Below are positions 24,967-33,675 of a stretch of DNA of 64,000 nt, piece by piece (position 1 is the first letter of the stretch; each line of letters opens with the position of its first letter). Position numbers and translations under genes: made by a program. Origin of the DNA: Planctomycetia bacterium (GTDB lineage Bacteria; Planctomycetota; Planctomycetia; Pirellulales; UBA1268); assembly GCA_046343855.1 (NCBI GenBank), contig JBKDMX010000046.1:4483-68482 (forward strand). Reading direction: 5' to 3'. The notes beneath the pieces were generated by a model that was not told where the DNA came from, ran no database searches, and saw only the letters and a program-made list of their open reading frames with translations.

Positions 24967-25788
24967 ATGAAGCGTATGATGTTCCTCGGTGCGCTGGTTC
25001 TCGGTGTCACCGTTTGTAGCCAGTCTTTTGGTTTCGAGCTCCTTGACCGGATGCTCGGCCACAAGGGCTGCACCTCGTGCTGTGAGCCCGGCTGCGACGC
25101 CGGCAATGGATGCTGTGAGCCTGGCTGCGGTGCCGGCAACGGCTGTGCGGAACCGGCCTGCGGTGCTGGTAATGGGTGTGCGGAGCCCGCTTGCGACGCC
25201 GGTGCCGGCTGCTGCGAGCCGAGCTGCGGTGCGGCGTCTTGCTGCGGTGTTCGGAAGAAGCATGACCTCTTCGGCGGGCTGAAGGGCCTGTTCGAAAAGT
25301 GCAAGCGGAAGCACCACGGCTGCACCGACAGCTGCTGCGGTGAGCCCGATTGCGGTGCTGGCAACGGTTGCGCCGAGCCCGCTTGCGGTGCTGGCAACGG
25401 CTGTGCGGAACCGGCGTGCGACGCTGGTGCCGGCTGCTGCGAGCCCAGCTGCGGTGCGGCTTCTTGCTGCGGGACCCGTGCTCGGAAGTGCCGTGGCACC
25501 CCGATCCTTGACCTGCTCAAGGCGATCCACGAAGCGAAGAAGGATTGCCTGAGCCGTCGTCGTGCCAGCTGCTGCGATAGCTGCTGCAACGACCCGGATT
25601 GTGGTGCTGGCAACGGCTGCTGCGAGCCCGCCTGTGGCGCTGCCGGCAACGGCTGCTGCGAGCCGGCTTGCGGTGCGGCCTCGACTCCGGTCGAAGCGAC
25701 CCCGGCCGCCCCGACCCCCGATGCCTCGGCTTCGGCCAAGGTCCCGGGCAAGGTCGTGGCGGTGAGCCGCACGGTTGCTGCCAAGTAA
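24967..25788 (+). CDS. secreted Cys-rich repeat protein (EP-x-C-G-A-G-N-G-C repeats), family not recognised
   Basis: AAGGAG at 24951-24956, ATG at 24967, signal peptide, about 44 Cys in 273 aa. Own terminator at 25843-25881. Confidence 0.7.
   Translation: MKRMMFLGALVLGVTVCSQSFGFELLDRMLGHKGCTSCCEPGCDAGNGCCEPGCGAGNGCAEPACGAGNGCAEPACDAGAGCCEPSCGAASCCGVRKKHDLFGGLKGLFEKCKRKHHGCTDSCCGEPDCGAGNGCAEPACGAGNGCAEPACDAGAGCCEPSCGAASCCGTRARKCRGTPILDLLKAIHEAKKDCLSRRRASCCDSCCNDPDCGAGNGCCEPACGAAGNGCCEPACGAASTPVEATPAAPTPDASASAKVPGKVVAVSRTVAAK
25114..25490 (+). repeat. intragenic duplication of a ~45-aa Cys-rich block (period ~226 nt) made of ~36-nt sub-repeats
   Basis: CEPGCGAGNGCAEPACGAGNGCAEPACDAGAGCCEPSCGAASCCG recurs as GEPDCGAGNGCAEPACGAGNGCAEPACDAGAGCCEPSCGAASCCG. 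Confidence 0.85.
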
Positions 25789-25842
25789 GGAGTGAATAGG
25801 TCGAAGCGGTAGAAACACCGTTGCCCGACTTCGGTCAGTGAG

Positions 25843-25881
25843 CTCCGCCCGGGAGGAAACTCCCGGGCGGAGTCGTTTTTT
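25843..25881 (+). terminator. rho-independent terminator of the Cys-rich protein gene
   Basis: CTCCGCCCGGGA-GGAAAC-TCCCGGGCGGAG, a perfect 12-bp stem, then TCGTTTTTT. Confidence 0.8.
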
Positions 25882-25882
25882 G

Positions 25883-25968
25883 GAAAAAGGTGTCAGGACT
25901 CTTTTCCGGCCAAAAAAGTGCCGGATCCCGAAAAAGTGACTTCGGAAAAGAGTCCTGACACCTTTTTC
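25883..25968. repeat. family E long hairpin (26-bp perfect arms, 34-nt loop)
   Basis: GAAAAAGGTGTCAGGACTCTTTTCCG ... CGGAAAAGAGTCCTGACACCTTTTTC. Confidence 0.9.
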
Positions 25969-26653
25969 ACGCAAGCAGGGTGGCGGGGGGGCCGGAGCGT
26001 GCCACGCGGCCGGCGACCAGTTCGATGACCGTCGTCGCGGCCCGTTTCGCGAAGGTGTGGTCGTGGGTCACAACGACCATGGTCTGACCGGCGCGGGCGA
26101 GATCGACGATCACGTCGAGCACCTCCGCCGACATCGCCGGATCGAGGGCGCTCGTCGGCTCGTCGAAGAGCATCACCCGCGGCTGCATCGCCAGCGCCCG
26201 CGCGATCGCCACCCGCTGCTGCTGGCCACCCGAAAGGGTCGCCGGCCGGGCCGACGCGAACGAGGAGAGCCCCACCCGGTCGAGCAGGGCCAGCGCCCGC
26301 TCCCGCGCCGCCTCCAGCGGCACTCGCGCCACCACCCGCGGTGCGGTGGCCACGTTCTCGAGCACCGACATATTGGGGAAGAGATTGAACTGCTGAAACA
26401 CCATGCCCACATCGCGGCGCAGCCGCTCGAGCAGGCCCGGGTGATGCCCGCCCGGCGCAAGCGCGTGGCCCGCGATGCTGACGGCGCCGGAGTCGAAGTT
26501 CTCGAGGCCGTTGAGACACCGCAGGAGCGTGCTCTTGCCGCCGCCCGACGGGCCCACGATCGCCATCACCTCTCCCTCGGCCACGGCCAGGCTCACCGCG
26601 GAGAGCACCGGCACCGCCCCCCGCGCCTTCGAAAGCGCCTCGATCTCGATCAT
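25967..26653 (-). CDS. amino-acid ABC transporter ATP-binding protein
   Basis: ATG at 26653 overlaps the permease stop (ATGA). Walker A GPSGGGKST, LSGGQQQRVAIARAL, Walker B MLFDEPTSALD. Confidence 0.9.
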   Translation of the reverse strand: MIEIEALSKARGAVPVLSAVSLAVAEGEVMAIVGPSGGGKSTLLRCLNGLENFDSGAVSIAGHALAPGGHHPGLLERLRRDVGMVFQQFNLFPNMSVLENVATAPRVVARVPLEAARERALALLDRVGLSSFASARPATLSGGQQQRVAIARALAMQPRVMLFDEPTSALDPAMSAEVLDVIVDLARAGQTMVVVTHDHTFAKRAATTVIELVAGRVARSGPPATLLA

Positions 26654-28164
26654 GGCGACTTCTCCAGCCGTCCCTCGAACCACCGCGAGACGAGCGACAA
26701 GGGCCAGCTCATCGCGAGGTAGAGCAGCGCCGTCACGATCGCGAGCTCCACGATCCGACCGGTCGAGAGCGCGAGCACGCTATATCGCTTCGTCAGCTCG
26801 ATCACCGTGATCACCGAGCAGACGCTCGTGTCTTTGAAGAGCGCGATGAAGTCGCTCGTCACCGGCGGCATCACGAGCCGCACCGCCTGCGGCACGAGCA
26901 CGTACCGCAGCGCCTGCCACTTCGTCATGCCCAGCGACAGCGCCGCCTCGAACTGTCCGAGCGGCACGGCCTTGAGCCCAGCCCGGTAGATCTCCGACTC
27001 GTAGGCGGAATAATTGAGCGCGAGCCCGGCCACTGCGGCCACGAGCGCGGGCAGCGCGAGGCCGATCTTCGGCAGGAGAAAGAAGATCGCGTAGAGCTGA
27101 AGCATGAGCGGTGTGCCGCGCAGCACCTCCACGTAGCCGGCCAGGAGCGGCCTGAGCCACGCCGGCCCGTGGAGCCGCCCGATCGCCACGAAGAGCCCGA
27201 TCAGAACCGCCAGCGGAAACGCGGCGCAGGAGAGGAGCACCGTCATCCCCGCGGCCTTGAGCAACAGCGGCAGCGACTCGCGGGCGAGCTGCGCGAGGCT
27301 GCGGCGGCCTGCGGTCGGAATTTCGGCCGCATCGCGGAGCGCGAGCACCTGCTGGCGGCCGGCCAGATCCCAGCGGTCATACAGCGCCTTGAGCCGGCCG
27401 TCGGCGATGATCGTGCCGAGGGCTTCGTCGATCGCCGCGGAGAGCCGCGGCGTGTCTTGGGCGGTGAGGATCGTGTAGAGCCCGCCGCCGAACGGCCGGC
27501 CCACCATGCGCAGTCCGGCGAAGCGGTCGGCATAGAAATTGAAGATGCAGTCGTCCATCACGGCGGCGTCGAGCACGCCGCTTTGCACCTGTTCGAGCGA
27601 GTCGATCGTGCCGTCGTAGCCGATCACCTCGATCTCGAGGTCGGATCGCGAACGCATCACGATCTCCGCCGCAGAGCCGGTGAGCACGCCCACCCGCCAC
27701 CGACCGCCGGGGCCGAGGGCCGCGAGTTGCTCGAACGAGTCGAGCGGGCCGTCACGCCGGGCGAGCAACTGCAGCGAATAGGCAAAGTAGGGGCGCGAGC
27801 AGTGGTAATCGCGCCGCCGTTCGGGGATCAGCTCGATGCCGTTGATCACGCAGTCGGCGGCGCGACCGAGGAGCAGCGGCAGCCGATCCCATTGCCCCTG
27901 CTGAAACCGCGGCTTCACGCCGAGCTGCGCGGCGACGAGGCCGGCAAGTTCCACCTCGAAACCGGTCAGCCGGCCGGGGTCCTTCGGATCGAGGAAGACG
28001 TGCGGCCCGCCCCCTTCCTGATCGGCGGCCCACACCAGCTCGCCCCGCGCGATCACCGCATCGAGTTCCGCGCCGCTCGCCGCGAGCGCCATGCCCACGG
28101 CCACCACGATCGCGACGCACGTGCGAATCATCCCTGACAGCATCCGCATCCCGATTCCCTTCAT
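26650..28164 (-). CDS. fused periplasmic substrate-binding domain / permease of polar amino-acid ABC transporter
   Basis: Signal peptide, SBP_bac_3-like N-half (GFEVELA, DCVINGI), then His/Glu/Gln/Arg-type permease half (EAALSLGMTKWQALRYVLVPQA). Confidence 0.85.
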   Translation of the reverse strand: MKGIGMRMLSGMIRTCVAIVVAVGMALAASGAELDAVIARGELVWAADQEGGGPHVFLDPKDPGRLTGFEVELAGLVAAQLGVKPRFQQGQWDRLPLLLGRAADCVINGIELIPERRRDYHCSRPYFAYSLQLLARRDGPLDSFEQLAALGPGGRWRVGVLTGSAAEIVMRSRSDLEIEVIGYDGTIDSLEQVQSGVLDAAVMDDCIFNFYADRFAGLRMVGRPFGGGLYTILTAQDTPRLSAAIDEALGTIIADGRLKALYDRWDLAGRQQVLALRDAAEIPTAGRRSLAQLARESLPLLLKAAGMTVLLSCAAFPLAVLIGLFVAIGRLHGPAWLRPLLAGYVEVLRGTPLMLQLYAIFFLLPKIGLALPALVAAVAGLALNYSAYESEIYRAGLKAVPLGQFEAALSLGMTKWQALRYVLVPQAVRLVMPPVTSDFIALFKDTSVCSVITVIELTKRYSVLALSTGRIVELAIVTALLYLAMSWPLSLVSRWFEGRLEKSP

Positions 28165-29984
28165 CCCGCCCCGCCGCGGAGTCGGCCCAGCCCCGCCGCC
28201 GGTTCCGCGAGCCGTGCGGCCAGCGCCGCGGATTCCTGCGCGAGCCGGTCACCGCGGTCGATGAAGCCGCCGGCCTTCGTGGCCGCGTCGGCGAAGTCGG
28301 CGAGCAACGGATCGACGAGCCCCGCCGCCGGCAGCCGCGAGACGAGCGCCGCGATGTCGCGGTCGAGCCCCATCCGCAGCCGCAGGAAGACGAGCCACCG
28401 CAGAAAAAATCCGCACAGGATCACCCAGACAAACGCCTCTTCGAGAAACGCGAGCCCCTCGACGGGCCGGCCGCTCCAGAGATGGCCGTAGAAAAAGTTC
28501 CAGCCGGCCCGCACGAGCACCGCCACGACGAGCGCCGAGAAGAGCAGCTCGCAGCCGATCCGCAGGAAGGGGCTGTCGATCCGACCGCGGCGCTCGGCCA
28601 CGAGCTTGTCGATGCCGGAGGATAGCCAACCTGCCGTGCGATCGAGCAGCGTGCCCACGGTCGCCTGCACGCGATCGTCGTCGAGTCGGGCGCGGCCCAC
28701 GAGCGGCTCGGCGATCTTCGCCCGCGCGGCCAAGCCCACGAGGATGCTGCGCGATTGCTCGACATCCGCCTCGCCGAGGCCGAGCTCCTCGATCGTCTGC
28801 CAGCTCCCGCGGCCCGCCGCCGGAGCCAGGCCGCCGCCGGCGAGGATCCGGCCGATCAAGCCGCCGCCGGCCGACCGGATCCGCGGCCAGAAGGCGCCGA
28901 GCGCCGCGACGATATGAAGAAATGTCGCGAAGGGTCCACCATGCCAGCGATCGACGAGCTCGTCCGTGATGAGCCGCTGCCACGCCGACCGGCTCGCCCG
29001 CAACTTCGATTCGACCGCCTTGCCCAGCAGCCCCTCGAGCCGCGCCCGCTCGTTCCACACGCCGGCAGCGAGCTGCGCCACCGGCTGCCTGAGCGGCTCG
29101 AGATCGCGGTGCGACTGCCGCAGAAACCAGTCGGCGAGATCGGCGGCGCCGGTGCGGCGAACCCGCCTCGCCGCGCGGCCGACCAATTCCTCGTCGATCG
29201 CCCGCACCAATTCCCGGAAGCCGGGCTCGGGCTCGAGCCCCGCCGCCGCGCGGCTGGCCGCGTCGAGCGCGTCGAGCCGGAAGATCCGCGGCACGTCGAA
29301 GCCCTGCGACTCGAGCTCGCGCCGCCAGTCTTCCCGGATATCGGGATCGCGGGAGGCGTGGGTCTGCACGAAGAGGAGCGGCCGGCCCGGCGCGAAGGCC
29401 GCCACCTCGCGCGACACGATCCAGGAGCGGTATTTCTGGGCGGTGGCCACGAGCAGGAGCACGTCGCAGGCGGGCACCACGGCCTCGAGCAGATCGCGGT
29501 TGCGGTTCAAGTCGCTCGGGCGGGCGTGCCCCGCGGCGGCCGGCGCGTCGCCTTGCGTGTCGGGATCGGGGCAGTCGACGAGCACGATGTTGGCCACGGC
29601 CGGCGATTCGCTCCGCACCACGCGGGCCTGCATCTGCTCGAGCGGCAGCCACGAGCAGTCGACGTCCTTCGCGACGATCACGACGGGATTCGTGGTGGTG
29701 GGCCGCGCCACGTCGCCCGCCGGGCTGACGTTGCCGCCGGCCAGCGCGTTGACGAGCGTGCTCTTGCCGGTGCCGGTGCCGCCGATCACGCCGACGACGA
29801 GCACCCGCGAGAGTTCGCGGCGGGCGCGGTCGAGCCGCGGCTCGATCTCCTCCCAGCCGGCGCGCACGCGGCGGGCCGGCGCCCATTCGGGCAGCGATCC
29901 GCTCCAGCGGGCGAGCGATTCGACCAGCTCGTCGAACGTGGCATCGTCGTGGGCGGCGGGGGTCGTGAGGGTGTCGTTGGTCAT
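28161..29984 (-). CDS. dynamin-like / MMR_HSR1-type P-loop NTPase with C-terminal membrane hairpin (paralog 2)
   Basis: ATG at 29984 overlaps the upstream stop (ATGA). P-loop [34 protein letters not shown]. Hydrophobic segments near residues 480-545. Confidence 0.6.
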   Translation of the reverse strand: MTNDTLTTPAAHDDATFDELVESLARWSGSLPEWAPARRVRAGWEEIEPRLDRARRELSRVLVVGVIGGTGTGKSTLVNALAGGNVSPAGDVARPTTTNPVVIVAKDVDCSWLPLEQMQARVVRSESPAVANIVLVDCPDPDTQGDAPAAAGHARPSDLNRNRDLLEAVVPACDVLLLVATAQKYRSWIVSREVAAFAPGRPLLFVQTHASRDPDIREDWRRELESQGFDVPRIFRLDALDAASRAAAGLEPEPGFRELVRAIDEELVGRAARRVRRTGAADLADWFLRQSHRDLEPLRQPVAQLAAGVWNERARLEGLLGKAVESKLRASRSAWQRLITDELVDRWHGGPFATFLHIVAALGAFWPRIRSAGGGLIGRILAGGGLAPAAGRGSWQTIEELGLGEADVEQSRSILVGLAARAKIAEPLVGRARLDDDRVQATVGTLLDRTAGWLSSGIDKLVAERRGRIDSPFLRIGCELLFSALVVAVLVRAGWNFFYGHLWSGRPVEGLAFLEEAFVWVILCGFFLRWLVFLRLRMGLDRDIAALVSRLPAAGLVDPLLADFADAATKAGGFIDRGDRLAQESAALAARLAEPAAGLGRLRGGAG

Positions 29985-31834
29985 GCGCGCGAAAACTCCC
30001 GCCGCCATTCGAACAGGAGCCGCCGGGCGCCGGCCACCTCGGGCCGCGCGGCGGCGGTCGCGAGCCGATCGATCTCCTCGAGGCGGCCTCCGAGCACGAC
30101 ATCATGGAGCGTCTCGGCGAGCACGCGGCTGCGCTCCGCCGACCAACCCGCGAAGAGCTTCTCGATGAGCGGCTTGAGGCCCGCCATCGTCAGCCCGAGC
30201 GCGCCTTCGCCGGCAAGCGTGGCCGCCGTGCCGACCACCACGTCGCCCACATGGTGCACGAGCGTCGAGATGCCGCCGGCCGTGGCCGCCGCGGCGGGCA
30301 CGACGGCCGCGCCGGCGAGGCCGAGCCCCACGGTGATCGCCGGGCGGGCGACCGCGCCCACGTTGAGGCCCGTGAGGATCCACCGCACCATGTTCGGGTT
30401 TTCCGCGGAGAAGCGGTCGAGCTCGGTGCGGACGAACGTGCGATAGTCGTCCGACACGATCGGCAGCGCCGCATGCCGCCGCTCGAGGTCGGCATACCAG
30501 GCGGCGCGGTCGCCATCCACGAGCGCGGTGTCGAGCATCGCGGCGAGCCGCGGGTTGCGGCGGCTGGCGTCTTCGAGTCGCTCCACGAAGTCGGCGAGCG
30601 CCTGCTTGAGTGCCGCCAGTTCGATCGCGGAAAAATCCTCCCGCTTCTCCTCGTCGCTGCGGGCGAGGCCCATCCGGCGGGCCGCCCACATGACGCCGCC
30701 ACCCGCCACGCGATAGGCCTTGCTCACCGCGAGATCGAACGAGGATCGCCGCGGCTCGAGCCAATCCCAGATCTCGCTCCAGACAAGCTCGCGCGGCGCG
30801 GTCGGCAGCGTCACCCGCACGCGGGCCTCGTCGGCGAGCAGCTGCTTCGCCTCCTGCCATTCCCGGGCCGTCGATTCGAAGGCATCGAGCCAGGCCCCGG
30901 CGCCGGTCGCCGGGTCGAGCACGACGGCCAGCGCGCCGCGCATCGCTTCGAGCTTGATGCGGTCGAAATCGACATGCGCCAGGCTCGCGGCGAGATCCGC
31001 CGGGCCCGCGGGCGCGGCCGAGACGTGCGGCCCGCCGGCGGCATACTCGGGCAGCGCGTGAAACTCGATCCGGCCCGCCTCGGCCTTCGCGAAATCGTGC
31101 GGCGCGGCATAGACCGCGAGCGGCTCGATACCCGTCTCGGCCTTGAAGGTCGCGAGCCAGCCGCCGATTCGCTCCCGCTGTTGCGGCCAGTTGACCATGT
31201 TGAAGACCACGATCACGGTCTTCTTCGCGGCGGCTGCGGCGCTGAAAAAATCGCGGACGGCGGCGTCGTTGTATTTCTGCTGGGTGAGCACGGCGATGAG
31301 CACGTCGCAGGCGTTGCGCACGAGTTCCGCGCGGTGCCAGTTTTCGCGCAGCGTGCCGTCGACGTCGGGCGTGTCGAGCAGGATGAGCCGCGCCGGCTGT
31401 CGGCCGGTCACGTCTTCGCGCCACACGAGCCGGTCGTCGTCGCCGGGGGCGAGGGCGTCTTGCTCACTCGACCAGGCGGTGGGCACGAAGCCTGGAAAGA
31501 GCGCTGCCAGGTCGATCCGCGCGGCGAGCCCCTGCGGCAGGCTGGCGACGGGATGCCTGGTGCGCGCGGCCTCCGGCACCGATCGCGAGATCTCCGCGCC
31601 CACGATCGTGTTGGCGATCAGGCTCTTGCCGGTGTTGGTGCCGCCGCACACGGCCGCCACGAGCACCGGCTCGCGCGACACCTGCGGCTGGAGTTTGCCG
31701 AAGAGCTGCCCATGCCAATCGGAACCGGCGGGATCAGCGACGCCCAGCGCCGCAGCAAGCGGCTCGAGCGCGGCGAGCTGGCCGCAGAGCTCCGTGATGC
31801 TTCCGGCCCACGAGGCATAGCTGGTCGTCTGCAT
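29981..31834 (-). CDS. dynamin-like / MMR_HSR1-type P-loop NTPase with Gly-rich hydrophobic C-terminal region (paralog 1)
   Basis: ATG at 31834 (the track start at 31846 is TTG). P-loop [48 protein letters not shown]. Confidence 0.6.
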   Translation of the reverse strand: MQTTSYASWAGSITELCGQLAALEPLAAALGVADPAGSDWHGQLFGKLQPQVSREPVLVAAVCGGTNTGKSLIANTIVGAEISRSVPEAARTRHPVASLPQGLAARIDLAALFPGFVPTAWSSEQDALAPGDDDRLVWREDVTGRQPARLILLDTPDVDGTLRENWHRAELVRNACDVLIAVLTQQKYNDAAVRDFFSAAAAAKKTVIVVFNMVNWPQQRERIGGWLATFKAETGIEPLAVYAAPHDFAKAEAGRIEFHALPEYAAGGPHVSAAPAGPADLAASLAHVDFDRIKLEAMRGALAVVLDPATGAGAWLDAFESTAREWQEAKQLLADEARVRVTLPTAPRELVWSEIWDWLEPRRSSFDLAVSKAYRVAGGGVMWAARRMGLARSDEEKREDFSAIELAALKQALADFVERLEDASRRNPRLAAMLDTALVDGDRAAWYADLERRHAALPIVSDDYRTFVRTELDRFSAENPNMVRWILTGLNVGAVARPAITVGLGLAGAAVVPAAAATAGGISTLVHHVGDVVVGTAATLAGEGALGLTMAGLKPLIEKLFAGWSAERSRVLAETLHDVVLGGRLEEIDRLATAAARPEVAGARRLLFEWRREFSRA

Positions 31835-31881
31835 CGGATCGGACAAACTCTCGCTTCCTCGGGCCGCTCAGGTGCCGTTCA

Positions 31882-31910
31882 TTGCCGCCCGGAAACCGCC
31901 GCGCTACACT
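31882..31910 (+). promoter_or_regulatory. candidate promoter for the MBL-fold hydrolase gene
   Basis: TTGCCG, 17 nt, TACACT. Confidence 0.25.
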
Positions 31911-31996
31911 ACGTCCGGGAGAGAGGCACGCGATGCCCCAAGTGTGTCTTCCCCCGTTTCAGCCCGCAAATCCACCCTCCAACCCCCGCGATCGCC

Positions 31997-32797
31997 ATGC
32001 TCGAACGTCGTCCCGTCTTCCCCGGTGTGATCGAGATGAATCACCAGGCGGGATACCGCATCGGCTGCAACGTGTATTTGGTCTATGAAGGCCGCGACTG
32101 GGCGCTCGTCGACGTCGGCTACGAGGAGACGGTGGATGAGATCATCGAGCTCGTCCGCCAAATGGATTTTCCGCTTTCGCAGTGCCGGGCGCTGGTTGCC
32201 ACCCACGCCGACGTGGACCACATCCAGGGCCTCGCCAAGGCGAAGACCATTCTCAAGGCGCCGGTGCTCGCCCACCCGAAGGCAGTGGCCTCGCTCGAGT
32301 CGGGCGACACGATCAAGACGTTCGCCGAGATCGCCGCACAAAACGTCCATATGCCGATGCCGCCGGTGAAGATCGACCGCGAGATCGCCGACGGCGATAC
32401 GATCGAGATCGGCGCGAGCAGGCTCGAGGTCTGGCACACGCCCGGCCACACCGACAGCCAGCTCGCCTTTCGCCTGGGCAACCTGCTGCTCTCCGGCGAC
32501 AACATCTACCGCGACGGCTCGGTCGGCGCAATCGACGCGCATCACGGCAGCGACATTCCCTCCTTCATCAGGTCGCTCCAGCGGATCGCGAAGAGCGACG
32601 TCGAGTGGCTGCTGCCGAGCCACGGGCCGATCTTCCGCAAGGACGAGAAGCTGCTCGCGAAGACGATCGGCCGGCTGGAGGGCTATCTCACGCTCGCCGA
32701 CTTCGGCACCTGCGCGCCGCACTGGCCGCTGATCGACGAGTGGGATCGCGAACTCGCCGAAGGCCGCTTCCCCAACGCGAAGCCGCAGCCCGCCTAG
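31997..32797 (+). CDS. MBL-fold metallo-hydrolase
   Basis: ATG at 31997 inside ORF 30104..32797. [28 protein letters not shown]. Confidence 0.85.
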   Translation: MLERRPVFPGVIEMNHQAGYRIGCNVYLVYEGRDWALVDVGYEETVDEIIELVRQMDFPLSQCRALVATHADVDHIQGLAKAKTILKAPVLAHPKAVASLESGDTIKTFAEIAAQNVHMPMPPVKIDREIADGDTIEIGASRLEVWHTPGHTDSQLAFRLGNLLLSGDNIYRDGSVGAIDAHHGSDIPSFIRSLQRIAKSDVEWLLPSHGPIFRKDEKLLAKTIGRLEGYLTLADFGTCAPHWPLIDEWDRELAEGRFPNAKPQPA

Positions 32798-32799
32798 AG

Positions 32800-32925
32800 C
32801 CGTTCTGGAATACGTGGAGCGACGCTCGGCAAACCACGGACGGAGGCGAAGGGATCGGCTGAAGCTCGACGAGCATTTGGCCGCCGCGGCCACCGCGAGT
32901 CGACTTCTGCCGTCCCGAAGCCGGC
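32800..32925 (+). repeat. family B long variant, copy 2
   Basis: Near-identical to 17557-17683. Starts 2 nt after the MBL gene stop. Confidence 0.9.
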
Positions 32926-33031
32926 TAGGCCGATTCCTGGCCTGGAAAACCCTGAGGGTTTTTCCGTAAAGACCGGTCCTGCGGGCGGCCGATATCTTCC
33001 CTGACGCTGTTTTTTCAGGGGGGACAATCCG

Positions 33032-33364
33032 ATGACACGGCACCTTGCCGCCGCGGCGCTCGTCGCCGGGGCGATGTTCTTCAGCACCAACGCAGCCAAG
33101 GCCCAGCATCCGGGCCAGCAGGCCTACGGCCGCCAGTGGGGCCAATCCGCGGGCAATCCCGATTGGAATCGCTTCTACCACTATCCCTATGTGTGGTATC
33201 CGCAAAACTACTACGCGGACAGCTACTACCAGAGCGCTGACGACCTCTACCACCGCTATCCGCAGGAGATGCGTGTGCCCGTCTACAACCGGCAGTGGCA
33301 AAACGACTATCCGAAGTCGCGCCGCTACCACCAGGGGCACCACTTCCACCTCGACGTGTTCTAG
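33032..33364 (+). CDS. small secreted Tyr/Trp/Gln-rich protein
   Basis: ATG at 33032, signal peptide ending AKAQ. Aromatic-rich mature part (YHYPYVWYPQNYYADSYYQ). Confidence 0.55.
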   Translation: MTRHLAAAALVAGAMFFSTNAAKAQHPGQQAYGRQWGQSAGNPDWNRFYHYPYVWYPQNYYADSYYQSADDLYHRYPQEMRVPVYNRQWQNDYPKSRRYHQGHHFHLDVF

Positions 33365-33466
33365 TGATACGCCTGCAGGGCCATCCATGGCCCCTGCGGG
33401 CTTGGCGGGCTCCGCCCGCTGGCGTGAACCCGGCCCTCCGGGCCTGGCGGTTTGTCGCTCGGGCGA

Positions 33467-33608
33467 GGCGAAGGGCTGCCCGTGCCGTCGAGCCGGCGTT
33501 GGCGGCAAGCGAAGGCAGGATGCCGAAAGCGCAGCCGCCATCGAGTGAACGGAGCCCAGGATGGGCGCAGTGAACGTCCGAGCGAGGCGGCATGGGCAGC
33601 CCCTCGCC
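33467..33608 (+). repeat. family A element, copy 2
   Basis: Termini GGCGAAGGGCTGCCCGTGCCG / CGGCATGGGCAGCCCCTCGCC. Shares CGGCGTTGGCGGCAAGCGAAGGCAGGATGCCG with copy 1. Confidence 0.85.
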
Positions 33609-33632
33609 GGGTGAAGCAACCAGCATGGGCAT

Positions 33633-33656
33633 GACAGGCACGGAGGCCTGTCGTAC
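33633..33656. repeat. family D hairpin (loop ACGGAG)
   Basis: GACAGGCACGGAGGCCTGTCGTAC. Lies 25 nt after family A copy 2. Confidence 0.8.
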
Positions 33657-33675
33657 GCGGGCTAGAATCTTCGCC

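Noticed and set aside
24846-25974. Minus-strand ORFs 24846..25784 and 24913..25974, antisense to the Cys-rich gene.
   Set aside because: They are open only because of the GC-rich repeat. They lack an RBS, a signal peptide and a terminator, whereas the plus-strand frame has all three.
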